38,504 nt of DNA from a virus (Duplodnaviria; Caudoviricetes). The stretch covers positions 1 to 38,504 of the IMG/VR virus record IMGVR_UViG_3300019872_000008, one strand, 5' to 3'. Shown here piece after piece: positions 18,299-26,270 of this stretch. The notes beneath the pieces were generated by a model that was given only the letters and a program-made list of their open reading frames with translations, was not told the origin of the DNA and searched no databases. Position 1 is the first letter of the stretch. Every line of letters begins with the position of its first letter. Made by a program: the position numbers and the translations under genes.

Positions 18299-19060
18299 TT
18301 ATTTTTTATCTCTTATGGCATCAATCTCCTTACCTCTTTCTTCCCTGAGCGCAATGACTTTCTTCTCCAGCATGTTAATCAAGCCCTCAAGTTTCTTGGG
18401 ATTAAAGCAAGCATGAAAGGCATCATCTACTCCCTTGACTCCATCTTCTTCCAGATTAATCGCATCATCCGCTAGACTTATGAGCTTGTTCTTAAATAGT
18501 AGCAAGTCGTTCTTGAGCTTGACTGTGCTAGGCATCGGGGTAATCTGCTGCATCACCAGGTTTGCGCCTCGCCTAGTTCCGACTTCTGCAATTTCCTCCT
18601 GTACCTCCTTAGGCATCTTCTCGATTTGCTTCTGCTGTTTCTCAACTCGCTTCAAGGTAGACGGGCTCATCTTCGCAGTGGATGCAAGCTCTGCCAAGTC
18701 TTTGTCTTTGTTCTTACTGGTGGCCTTAATTGATTTAGCTAATTGAGCAATGAGTTTGTCCCGCACCAATTCAGAAAGGTTCCTGCGACTGAGCTGATTC
18801 CTAAGAATCCATTCTATAGGGTTATTTGTAGCCTGAATAGTGATAGGCACTGTCTTGAAGCCGAACTTCTTCGCTACATCCAGACGGTTATGACCATCAA
18901 GTAGGAATGTTCCGCCTTTCAATAGAACTAACGGTGTTAGTATTCCGTGTTCTCTGATTCCAGTCTCCAGGTTCTTACGTTCGTCCGCAGACAGTGGAGG
19001 CAAGTAGTTACGATATTCCGTAAGGACTTTAATTCTTTTGGTTTCTATGTTTTGTGGCAT
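18299..19060 (-). CDS. ParB/Srx-like N-terminal domain protein with HTH
   Basis: LPPLS..E...LE..I...GILTPL..LLDGHNRL, NQLSRRNLS, KELA...MSPSTLKR-like HTH. Confidence 0.85.
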   Translation of the reverse strand: MPQNIETKRIKVLTEYRNYLPPLSADERKNLETGIREHGILTPLVLLKGGTFLLDGHNRLDVAKKFGFKTVPITIQATNNPIEWILRNQLSRRNLSELVRDKLIAQLAKSIKATSKNKDKDLAELASTAKMSPSTLKRVEKQQKQIEKMPKEVQEEIAEVGTRRGANLVMQQITPMPSTVKLKNDLLLFKNKLISLADDAINLEEDGVKGVDDAFHACFNPKKLEGLINMLEKKVIALREERGKEIDAIRDKK

Positions 19061-19235
19061 GAGCTTTAGTTTTTGGTTTTAAAAATTGATTTCCTTTTTC
19101 TAGTGCTTTAACTATTTGTTTGTCTAGTACTTCATGGCCTTCTCTTTCCCAAGAGTCACCATAACCGCAGTACTGAAGATGCTTGTGCGCTGCGTCTAAC
19201 GCTTCAACTAGCTGATTTATGAGCTTCTCTTCCAT
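19029..19235 (-). CDS. Hypothetical protein
   Basis: HLQYCGYGDSWERE; packed in the operon. Confidence 0.65.
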   Translation of the reverse strand: MEEKLINQLVEALDAAHKHLQYCGYGDSWEREGHEVLDKQIVKALEKGNQFLKPKTKAHATKHRNQKN

Positions 19236-19241
19236 ACAAAG

Positions 19242-19427
19242 TTACTTCTTTGTGTAGACATTGATCCCGACTATGACAGGCTTGTCCTTGTACATCTGGT
19301 CTGTCACCATATTACCTCTGGTGCTGCCTATTACTAACGATTTACCTGACGCTGACGTTGCCTCTTCTAAAGGGAGGACGATTGTGATTGTTTTCTTTTT
19401 GCTGTCTACTGTTACTGTGGTTTTCAT
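19242..19427 (-). CDS. Small beta-rich conserved hypothetical protein
   Basis: SASGKSLVIGSTRGN...GINVY motif. Confidence 0.7.
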   Translation of the reverse strand: MKTTVTVDSKKKTITIVLPLEEATSASGKSLVIGSTRGNMVTDQMYKDKPVIVGINVYTKK

Positions 19428-19453
19428 AATTTCTAAAATTTAAAGTTTATGTT

Positions 19454-19537
19454 TTAATTCATGTTTAAGGATTCCATTAATCTTTTACTTAGGGAGAAAA
19501 CATTCAAGAAACCTTCAAGCTTATCTCTAACTCCCAT
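19454..19537 (-). CDS. 27-aa micro-ORF (not in the ORF track)
   Basis: MGVRDKLEGFLNVFSLSKRLMESLNMN; starts 5 nt after the upstream stop and fills the gap. Confidence 0.35.
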   Translation of the reverse strand: MGVRDKLEGFLNVFSLSKRLMESLNMN

Positions 19538-19542
19538 AGTTC

Positions 19543-19728
19543 CTAACGATTGCTTTTGTTTTCGTAGTACAGTGCTAAAGCAGTAATGAAAGCCGCATTT
19601 TTTCTGTCCTCTGAAATGTACTCCGTTTGCTGCTTCAAGTAATAATTGTAGTTAGCAACAGTTATCTCCCTGTTTTGTTGCTCGGACCACTCTAAGTAAT
19701 CCTGCGCTAGTTCTAACGTCTTGTTCAT
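19543..19728 (-). CDS. Hypothetical protein
   Basis: Start reassigned to MNKTLE (ATGA overlap with the upstream stop at 19725). Confidence 0.6.
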   Translation of the reverse strand: MNKTLELAQDYLEWSEQQNREITVANYNYYLKQQTEYISEDRKNAAFITALALYYENKSNR

Positions 19729-19979
19729 TTGTATTGATGTGGTTTTTTCATTAACATTTGGTTTAACTCCGCTTTTATGCGTTTGGCGATTGGGCCTCTC
19801 CATGATTGTGCATTCCCTAAGAAATAAACTATGATAGACTCTGCACTCTCAAGGCCTACTTTGTCATCTAAGTCTGATAACGAATGTAGAGCTGTTAAGT
19901 AGGGAACAGCCCCAAAGTACGGCTTATGCCAGTGTAGCTGAATCTCCTCAGCGATTACATAAAGTTTACGTTGTTCCAT
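19725..19979 (-). CDS. Conserved phage hypothetical protein
   Basis: IAEEI..W..PYFGAVPYL..YFLGNAQSWRG..AKRIKAEL pattern that I recall from diverse phages; function unknown. Confidence 0.75.
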   Translation of the reverse strand: MEQRKLYVIAEEIQLHWHKPYFGAVPYLTALHSLSDLDDKVGLESAESIIVYFLGNAQSWRGPIAKRIKAELNQMLMKKPHQYK

Positions 19980-20411
19980 TTACTTGAGTTTTAAAGTGTA
20001 GCGTCCGTCCAATATTAATCTCTTCTTTGGTTTTAAAAGCTTGTATCCTCTTTCTTTGAATCTTGCCTTGAGTTCCTTAATAGCAGCATTAGTAGGAAAG
20101 TAATCATTGAACATAAGTGGAAACTTATTGTATATTTCCCAGTTGCTTAAGTAGTCTTGTACATTGAATCCCCTGATTAAACACTCTAAGTGTAACTCTA
20201 TATATCTGCCCTGCGTATAGGCTCCTTTCCAAAGGAAGAAGTAAACATGCCCCTTGCCTAGCTTAAACACCTTTGGAACCTCCTTAATTTTGGAGGCTGA
20301 AAATCCGTGTTTAAGTAAATGATTGGGCAAGCGTTTGATTTCTCTATGTTCCGCCAGCAGTATCTTATCGGGAAGTTGTGACACTGGAATACCTGCGTTA
20401 ACTCTAGTCAT
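19980..20411 (-). CDS. denV: Pyrimidine-dimer DNA glycosylase (T4 endonuclease V family)
   Basis: MTRVN (catalytic Thr2), LLAEHREIKR (Arg/Glu), FKLGKGHVYFF, ECLIRGF. Confidence 0.9.
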   Translation of the reverse strand: MTRVNAGIPVSQLPDKILLAEHREIKRLPNHLLKHGFSASKIKEVPKVFKLGKGHVYFFLWKGAYTQGRYIELHLECLIRGFNVQDYLSNWEIYNKFPLMFNDYFPTNAAIKELKARFKERGYKLLKPKKRLILDGRYTLKLK

Positions 20412-21057
20412 TTCCTGCTTTGGTTAAAAGTACTACACTTGCGAATGTAAACAAACCTAACTGCCATCGGCTCCATTCCTTTGGAGGTGGTAATTGCTTA
20501 TTACTGAACTGCTTTGCATGAAAGTCCCGCTGCTGATACTTCGGTAAACTACTATAATTCTTAGGCGTACAAGCTGTAAAACATAACGCTATGACTAACG
20601 TTAGAAACAAGTCCTTGTAAGTCTTAAAACGATTAAGTTTGTACCATTTATCCCTGTGCTTATGTAAGGACTCTGTAAGCTCTGATTTCTTACTCCAAGA
20701 CTCTGAATAAATCATCGCTGGATTGAGCATATTAAGTATATACACAAGACCTGCTTTATCTTCCTTCTTAAGTCTCTTCTCTAACAAAGGATAGACTTCC
20801 CTAATTCTGTCGTCTGTAATGTTTCGCATCTCTCTAGCGCAGGCAGCTAACTCCTTTGCATCTAAAGGCTTGAGCGTCCTAATTCTTCTTTGTTGTTGCT
20901 TTAACAAAGACAATGCCTCTTCGTTGGGGTTAGTCCATTCATAGATGTACATACCCTTCTGTTTAATAACTGAGAATGTTAGCTTTATGAGCTTGTCTCC
21001 CTCTTCTGCGTACTGACCTACGTTGTAAATTCGATTGAATACTACTATATCTTCCAT
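20404..21057 (-). CDS. Hypothetical protein with C-terminal hydrophobic / lipobox-like segments
   Basis: Likely start MEDIVV at 21057; LFLTLVIALCFTAC and a final TM helix. Confidence 0.6.
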   Translation of the reverse strand: MEDIVVFNRIYNVGQYAEEGDKLIKLTFSVIKQKGMYIYEWTNPNEEALSLLKQQQRRIRTLKPLDAKELAACAREMRNITDDRIREVYPLLEKRLKKEDKAGLVYILNMLNPAMIYSESWSKKSELTESLHKHRDKWYKLNRFKTYKDLFLTLVIALCFTACTPKNYSSLPKYQQRDFHAKQFSNKQLPPPKEWSRWQLGLFTFASVVLLTKAGND

Positions 21058-21140
21058 TGTTTTTACTTTGTTTATGTTTACTTCTCCACAGTACCTCTGC
21101 GGTAGTATCGTTGTCAAAATAATAATAATCTTCCATTTTG

Positions 21141-21323
21141 TTAATACTTAACTTTATCTAAAAATGGTGTGTACGGTTTCACGTGAGTTTGTACCGGCCT
21201 AACCAAAGTACTGTTGCGGTAGTTACTTCTGGTGGTGCGAATACTTGCACATCCGAAAACTAATAGCATTAGCACTAGAAGTATAAGCACAAGTATTAAT
21301 TGAGATGTTGTGGATAGTCGCAT
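21141..21323 (-). CDS. Small putative lipoprotein
   Basis: Hydrophobic signal peptide ending LVFG-C. Confidence 0.6.
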   Translation of the reverse strand: MRLSTTSQLILVLILLVLMLLVFGCASIRTTRSNYRNSTLVRPVQTHVKPYTPFLDKVKY

Positions 21324-21328
21324 AACTT

Positions 21329-21568
21329 TTAACCTTTAGAATTAGCGTTTAATTCCTTTCTACCTTTTACAGAGCACTTAACAAGTCCGGTTAACGTACC
21401 TGTAAATTCGTAGTCTACACAATCTTCCGACTTCTTGAATTTAACGTTATGCTTCTTGCAATCTTCCTCGAAGCTAACGTAATCTACGCTGTGCACTAAA
21501 TCCTCGAACAGCCTATTACCGCGAATACTGTCGAATTTAATTGTTACTTCTCTTGCTTTAGTTTTCAT
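21329..21568 (-). CDS. Hypothetical protein, first gene after the internal promoter
   Basis: ATG with AT-rich leader downstream of the TACCTTTA box. Confidence 0.65.
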   Translation of the reverse strand: MKTKAREVTIKFDSIRGNRLFEDLVHSVDYVSFEEDCKKHNVKFKKSEDCVDYEFTGTLTGLVKCSVKGRKELNANSKG

Positions 21569-21612
21569 TTGTGTTATGTAGTTATTCGAGGCGGTACTTC
21601 CGCCTTAAGTAG

Positions 21613-21620
21613 TAAAGGTA
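21613..21620 (-). promoter_or_regulatory. Putative -7 promoter box TACCTTTA
   Basis: The same GTACCTTTA occurs at 26915-26923 (-) and 29319-29327 (+), each in an intergenic gap facing a gene. Confidence 0.65.
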
Positions 21621-21625
21621 CTAAA

Positions 21626-21659
21626 TATAATACTATAATACTATAATACTTAGTATTAT
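21626..21659. repeat. Three tandem TATAATAC units plus one inverted copy (operator-like)
   Basis: TATAATAC at 21626, 21634, 21642; AGTATTAT at 21652. Confidence 0.8.
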
Positions 21660-21683
21660 TTTACGGTATAACTAAGACTTTAG

Positions 21684-22607
21684 TTAAGAGTATAGATGTG
21701 GTAGCATAAGCCTTAAGTACTTATTCAGGCTATTTCTAAAGTTCTCTTTACTCTGTAAGAGCTTAAGTAGCTTGTCGTTTTGCCAATGCTGTACGTCATT
21801 TATGTTGTTCTCTATAAACTTCATAGGAAAGTAAGAACCAAACAAAGCATACTGATCTCGCTTGCTGGCGTAAACCGCTGCCTTTCCAGCAATTCCCATC
21901 AAGTAATTAGGTCGCCACCAGCTTGAAGTATTATGACTATGTTCTGGCATTATGTACAAGCGATTCCTGGCGATCTCCTTGCTTAGTTGTAAACTTGATA
22001 ATTCTGTGTGCACGTCTATCTCTAAATTGGTTTCGTAATTGTTTATGAAGTTATTGGGTTGCACATAGGTTAAGGAACCATAAACCCAGTGTTTGAAGTC
22101 TAAATCAACTTGACCCAGTGTACTCTTATAGAAATCCTCTATGACATACATGGAAGGATCAAGCGAAGGGTTGTTATAATTAACAGCACCAGATTGAAGT
22201 TGGAAACGATTCTCTAAGACCTTACCCTGCATGTATACTTTCAAGAGTTTCTTCCCCATATAACTTATCTTAGCAAGCCTCTCTAAGGACTTAAGAGCTG
22301 GCCGCACATCATGGTGGTCAGAAATCAAAATTATGTTCTCTGTATTAACATTGAAGCTTGAGAGTTTCTTAATTAGCTCCGGCATATGCAGCGCATATTT
22401 TGCATCAAAGCAATCCCAAAGCTTAACAAAAATTATATCTTCCTTTGTAATTTGCGCCTCAGGCATATCCTTGAAGCTGTAGACTTCATGTTCCATCTCT
22501 ATCAAGGCCTCAGGTAGCACAAGGCTCAAGTCTTTAATACCTCTCGACTCTGGATTGATTTCCTGAGTCCATGTTTTGGTGGTGAATCCGGTGGTTAAGA
22601 ATCGCAT
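21684..22607 (-). CDS. Putative GT-B DNA glycosyltransferase (T4 beta-glucosyltransferase-like)
   Basis: Colinear by-eye resemblance to T4 BGT as I recall it: LKVYMQGKVLE vs IKVISQGINLD, WVYGS vs VIYGG, WWRPNYLMGIAGKAAV vs TLRVWETMASDAV, WQNDKLLK vs IQHDILNK. Confidence 0.65.
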   Translation of the reverse strand: MRFLTTGFTTKTWTQEINPESRGIKDLSLVLPEALIEMEHEVYSFKDMPEAQITKEDIIFVKLWDCFDAKYALHMPELIKKLSSFNVNTENIILISDHHDVRPALKSLERLAKISYMGKKLLKVYMQGKVLENRFQLQSGAVNYNNPSLDPSMYVIEDFYKSTLGQVDLDFKHWVYGSLTYVQPNNFINNYETNLEIDVHTELSSLQLSKEIARNRLYIMPEHSHNTSSWWRPNYLMGIAGKAAVYASKRDQYALFGSYFPMKFIENNINDVQHWQNDKLLKLLQSKENFRNSLNKYLRLMLPHLYS

Positions 22608-22610
22608 TGT

Positions 22611-22745
22611 TTAAAAGGTTAAATAGTTATACATAGCTTTAAGACTTCCTTTGCATATAAATTTGCGCTTACTATCTGTTCTATAGTCTACATATCTGTG
22701 ATAGTCCACTAAGTCATAGAGCTTACCGCCTTTTGACTCTATCAT
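22611..22745 (-). CDS. 44-aa hypothetical protein
   Basis: MIESKGG... start chosen to avoid a 230-nt overlap with the upstream coupled ORF. Confidence 0.45.
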   Translation of the reverse strand: MIESKGGKLYDLVDYHRYVDYRTDSKRKFICKGSLKAMYNYLTF

Positions 22746-23028
22746 GAGAAACCTTCTTTGCTTTAGTAACTGCAAGACTTCTCTTGGAAGTAACTGCTTG
22801 TCGCTTGCCCCGATGAAGTTTGGCTTTGTTCGATCTTCCTTTGTCAAGACTTCTTTTGTAGGCTTCGGCTTGCTTGAAGGCCTTGAGGATTGCGCCGCCT
22901 TTGACTTTGAACTCTTTACCGCCTGTTTCGAATGCTGTGTATTCTTCGCCATAGTACTTTACGGTTATTCCACCTATCACGCGGAATGGTTTCTTTGTTT
23001 TTACTTTGTCTTCGTTCTTGAATTTCAT
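22723..23028 (-). CDS. Very basic hypothetical protein
   Basis: ATGA-coupled to the upstream gene. Confidence 0.55.
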   Translation of the reverse strand: MKFKNEDKVKTKKPFRVIGGITVKYYGEEYTAFETGGKEFKVKGGAILKAFKQAEAYKRSLDKGRSNKAKLHRGKRQAVTSKRSLAVTKAKKVSHDRVKRR

Positions 23029-23408
23029 TTTAAAAGGTTTTCCATTTCTTCTTTCAATTCCGGTTTGTAGATACCGTGTCCTGTGTTATGATTAAGAATA
23101 TACTCCGCGTTCCTCAAAGCCTGTTTAAGGGCTTCAATCTCCTTTTCTTGTGATTTTATTTTGAATTCTAATTCTTCAACAAGAACAGCATTTGTTCTTC
23201 TACCTTTATAAAGACTATTAATCTCCTTATCTTTCTCCTCCCGTATGCTTTGGGCGTAAAGTTCTGCTGCTTCGTTGATATACTTATTGAATCTTGCTTT
23301 ATTTATTAACCCTAATTCCATATTTCTTTCAAGCGCAACCCAATCAAAAGCATATTTAATAGCTACCCGATCCTTCGCCTGTTCGAAACTTAGTGCCTTG
23401 TCGCTCAT
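23025..23408 (-). CDS. Coiled-coil hypothetical protein
   Basis: ATGA coupling at both ends. Confidence 0.7.
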   Translation of the reverse strand: MSDKALSFEQAKDRVAIKYAFDWVALERNMELGLINKARFNKYINEAAELYAQSIREEKDKEINSLYKGRRTNAVLVEELEFKIKSQEKEIEALKQALRNAEYILNHNTGHGIYKPELKEEMENLLK

Positions 23409-23650
23409 TTGGTTAACGCTTTTCTTGCCGCATCAATGCTACTAATCTCAGGACGCAATGATTCAACCTTTACAAATAGTTGTCTCAAATCATTCTCATA
23501 AGGTTCCATGTAGTGCTTGCCCAATCCGTAAAAGTGTTTGATGAAGTTATCAAAGCCGTAACCCACCAAAGCATCTAAAGCCCTTAACTCGTTTTCGGTC
23601 AATTCGCATTTGACGCTAAAAATAATTCTTGTGTTGATTTCTGCTTTCAT
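23405..23650 (-). CDS. Conserved phage hypothetical protein
   Basis: LRALDALVGYG..F...LGKHYMEP; ATGA coupling. Confidence 0.7.
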   Translation of the reverse strand: MKAEINTRIIFSVKCELTENELRALDALVGYGFDNFIKHFYGLGKHYMEPYENDLRQLFVKVESLRPEISSIDAARKALTK

Positions 23651-24231
23651 TTCTTTCTTGTTAAAGTGAATCTGTGTTTTAATACTTGAACTTCTGAGTA
23701 TGACAAACTGGTAGCCTCATAGATTTCAGTCCACATTTTATCTTGGCTTTCTTCTTTCACGCTGTCATTATCCTGTCTTAACTTAGCTTTCTCTAACCAA
23801 CCTGAACTCCTGCCACTTGGCATATTTTTTAGCATGTCACTCCCTTCCGTGTAAGAATGTGCGTTGTTCTCTTTCTTGGTGATGTAAACTCTCTTATCAA
23901 AACATTCGGTATAGGTTGCGCAATCGCACTTTGAATACTTACAAGAATTTGCGCCTTCAACATTCACTTCATACTCAGAAAAATCAACTAGGTAAGGATG
24001 ACTGTAGACTGGATAAGCCAATGATTTTGAGTGCTTATACATCAACTCTTCTATTGCTTCTCCATTTTGTATAAGTATAGCGTTGTCAATGGCTTGCTGA
24101 TAGGATTTTTGGTAATCAATGTAAGGTAAGTGATCGGCACCTACATGTATAGAGAATTTAGGCTCTACTGGTAAGTCCTCAATCAAGTAAGGCTTACCAT
24201 CTGATTTAAATATTATTGCTGTACTACTCAT
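23647..24231 (-). CDS. Hypothetical protein with Cys cluster
   Basis: Start MSSTA at 24231 overlaps the upstream TGA; CKYSKCDCATYTEC. Confidence 0.65.
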   Translation of the reverse strand: MSSTAIIFKSDGKPYLIEDLPVEPKFSIHVGADHLPYIDYQKSYQQAIDNAILIQNGEAIEELMYKHSKSLAYPVYSHPYLVDFSEYEVNVEGANSCKYSKCDCATYTECFDKRVYITKKENNAHSYTEGSDMLKNMPSGRSSGWLEKAKLRQDNDSVKEESQDKMWTEIYEATSLSYSEVQVLKHRFTLTRKK

Positions 24232-24536
24232 ATCTTTTTTGTTTTTGATGCTAGTGACCAATGAACTCCAGCTTCTTCACATCGTTTCTCGATCATCTTT
24301 GCATACTCTCTGAAATTAATTTCTTTAGCTCCATGTTTAATAGCAAGCTCTCGTTTTACCATTGCAATATCAAAATGCTCATGCAACGTACCTTTATGCT
24401 GCATCCACTTTCTTTGGACGCCAATCTTGTCAACCATTGTTAAAAGTTCTTCGGTTGTATCCGCACATAAATGGCTCATCTTCATTCTACCGAAGTTCCC
24501 ACCACCCGTTATATAGAAATTATCAATGTAGACCAT
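24228..24536 (-). CDS. DUF4031-like protein
   Basis: VYID..FGRMKMSHLCADTTEEL..IGVQRKWMQ..HFDI. Confidence 0.8.
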   Translation of the reverse strand: MVYIDNFYITGGGNFGRMKMSHLCADTTEELLTMVDKIGVQRKWMQHKGTLHEHFDIAMVKRELAIKHGAKEINFREYAKMIEKRCEEAGVHWSLASKTKKI

Positions 24537-24560
24537 CTGATTTGAAAATAATGTGGTGTG

Positions 24561-25172
24561 TCATATGTCTATGTCTTTACGGTGATTCTTGAATACATAC
24601 GCTAAGAAATCTACTTTCTCTTTAGCTTTCCTTTGATCTTCTGGATAATCAGAAGCATTGAATATGAAGACCTCGTAAGGTTCTTCCTTCTGTACAGCTA
24701 TGATGTAAAAATTAGCAACACCAGAAACGTTCTTATAGATGTATTCTTGGCCGAAGTAACCGAACGATCTTGCTCCTTTAAGAAATTGTTCCTTGTTCTT
24801 TGCTCCTGTTGTTTTTAAGTCTGCACCGTAAACACTCTTCTTACAAAGAATATCCATGATCAGCTTAATCTTTATGTCAAAGTTAGGTATCTCCAGAAGG
24901 GGTTCAAACTTGTGTTCCTTCCTTGCGCCTTTATGTAAGGCCATTGCCTCTTTACTCTTATTTAAGGAATTGACCATACATACAAGTTGGTGCTTTTGCT
25001 TCTCTGTTAACTGTTTAGTATAGGATTCTTTGCCTTCAAGCCACTTCTCGTGTACAGCGCGGCCTAAGATCAAGAATCCTTCGTTGCCAAAGAACGGTGG
25101 TACGTGGCGTAGCCATCCATCTATCCCAGAGAGACCGGTGTAACTTGTGTAATCCTTTTCTGCGTTTTTCAC
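24561..25172 (-). CDS. PD-(D/E)XK exonuclease (RecE / exonuclease VIII-like)
   Basis: LGRAVHE..LE, KLIMD..ADLKTT, YFGQEYIY, IAVQKEEPY. Confidence 0.82.
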   Translation of the reverse strand: MKNAEKDYTSYTGLSGIDGWLRHVPPFFGNEGFLILGRAVHEKWLEGKESYTKQLTEKQKHQLVCMVNSLNKSKEAMALHKGARKEHKFEPLLEIPNFDIKIKLIMDILCKKSVYGADLKTTGAKNKEQFLKGARSFGYFGQEYIYKNVSGVANFYIIAVQKEEPYEVFIFNASDYPEDQRKAKEKVDFLAYVFKNHRKDIDI

Positions 25173-25708
25173 TCTGGCTTATACGTTAGATTTTCTTCAT
25201 AGAACTTATGTACATTCTTGATTTGATACTGACAATCATACAAAGGATCGTGCGCCTGCGCCTCATCCTTGTTCAGACGTTTGAACGGTGTGAGATTGAT
25301 TAAGGTTCTGTAACATCGTTCGTTCCAGTGACTAAACGGTACAGGCAGTTTCAATCTTCTATAGTAAGCTGCTAATAGACCACAGTCGAATGATGCTGAG
25401 TTGCCCCAGACGTACTCAATCTTATTAAAGATCAAGAAGCTACTGAACTTGCCTAACACCGTAGATACAAGGTCTGTTTCGTCCAGCTGCTTACTTAAGA
25501 TTTCTGGTTTCTGTTTAAGCCACCATAACAGTGTATCGGCTTCTATACGGAAACCATAGCTTATGGAGTCCTGCAGCGCAAAGTTCATCTTAAAACTTGC
25601 ACCGACTGACTCTGGAACGCCTGGTTCAAATTGAACTGCTGCCAGACTTATAATCACTGCGCCAGGATTAGTTCCCATGGTCTCTATGTCTATCATTGCG
25701 TGTTTCAT
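25169..25708 (-). CDS. DEDDh 3'-5' exonuclease (Rv2179c-like)
   Basis: MIDIETMGT, VWGNSASFD, RCYRT, HDPLYDC. Confidence 0.88.
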   Translation of the reverse strand: MKHAMIDIETMGTNPGAVIISLAAVQFEPGVPESVGASFKMNFALQDSISYGFRIEADTLLWWLKQKPEILSKQLDETDLVSTVLGKFSSFLIFNKIEYVWGNSASFDCGLLAAYYRRLKLPVPFSHWNERCYRTLINLTPFKRLNKDEAQAHDPLYDCQYQIKNVHKFYEENLTYKPE

Positions 25709-25711
25709 ACC

Positions 25712-25891
25712 TTACTTATCTTTAATGTTAAAGTAACCTACTACTACACCAGCACCGGTAAAGAATGCTACAGTGTAAATGATTTCTGATTTGCCGATTG
25801 GTTCCCAATTACAAGTAATCATCTTGTACAGGCATCTACCTTCACCCCATAAACAGAGTAATATGATGACCAGTTCAATCCACTTTTTCAT
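25712..25891 (-). CDS. 59-aa two-TM membrane protein (not in the ORF track)
   Basis: MKKWIELVIILLCLWGEGRCLYKMITCNWEPIGKSEIIYTVAFFTGAGVVVGYFNIKDK; fills the gap exactly. Confidence 0.7.
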   Translation of the reverse strand: MKKWIELVIILLCLWGEGRCLYKMITCNWEPIGKSEIIYTVAFFTGAGVVVGYFNIKDK

Positions 25892-25895
25892 AACT

Positions 25896-26093
25896 TTAAC
25901 GGTTGGTTTTGTTTACTTCCTTCTGATAACTACCTAAGATTACTGATACACTACTATTGATGTATGCGATCGGTACTTCCTTTGTGTTATTATCTACACA
26001 GTACTTAGCTAAGTGCTTATGTAGTAAGTCTATGCCCTTGGCTACTTCTCTTGCGATGAGTCTTTGGGCTTCCATTTGTTTATCCTTTGACAT
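25896..26093 (-). CDS. Hypothetical protein
   Basis: ATG with AT-rich leader; packed in the operon. Confidence 0.65.
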   Translation of the reverse strand: MSKDKQMEAQRLIAREVAKGIDLLHKHLAKYCVDNNTKEVPIAYINSSVSVILGSYQKEVNKTNR

Positions 26094-26121
26094 ATACTTT
26101 GGTTTAGTGGTTTAAATAAAG

Positions 26122-26260
26122 AAGAATCTTGTAATAGTTTTTAAGCAAGTCGATGCTTCGGTGGAGCCTGTACGGTTATGCATTGACGTTTGCAGCATGT
26201 AATCACTATTAACGCCTCGAACCCCCTGTTTTTCAATACTTATCTCTTTACAAGATTCTT
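26122..26260 (-). ncRNA. Putative structured RNA element closed by a perfect 13-bp stem
   Basis: AAGAATCTTGTAA / TTACAAGATTCTT; inner stems pair through G-U only on the minus strand. Confidence 0.45.
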
Positions 26261-26270
26261 GTTTTGCGCC

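Noticed and set aside
22746-22952. Long N-terminal part of the 113-aa ORF (possible overprinted gene)
   Set aside because: It overlaps a translationally coupled ORF on the same strand; the internal ATG at 22745 explains the gene more simply
23025-24536. Block with apparently more AAA/TTT codons, suggesting recent acquisition
   Set aside because: Impression only; I cannot quantify it by eye and saw no boundary repeats or mobility genes
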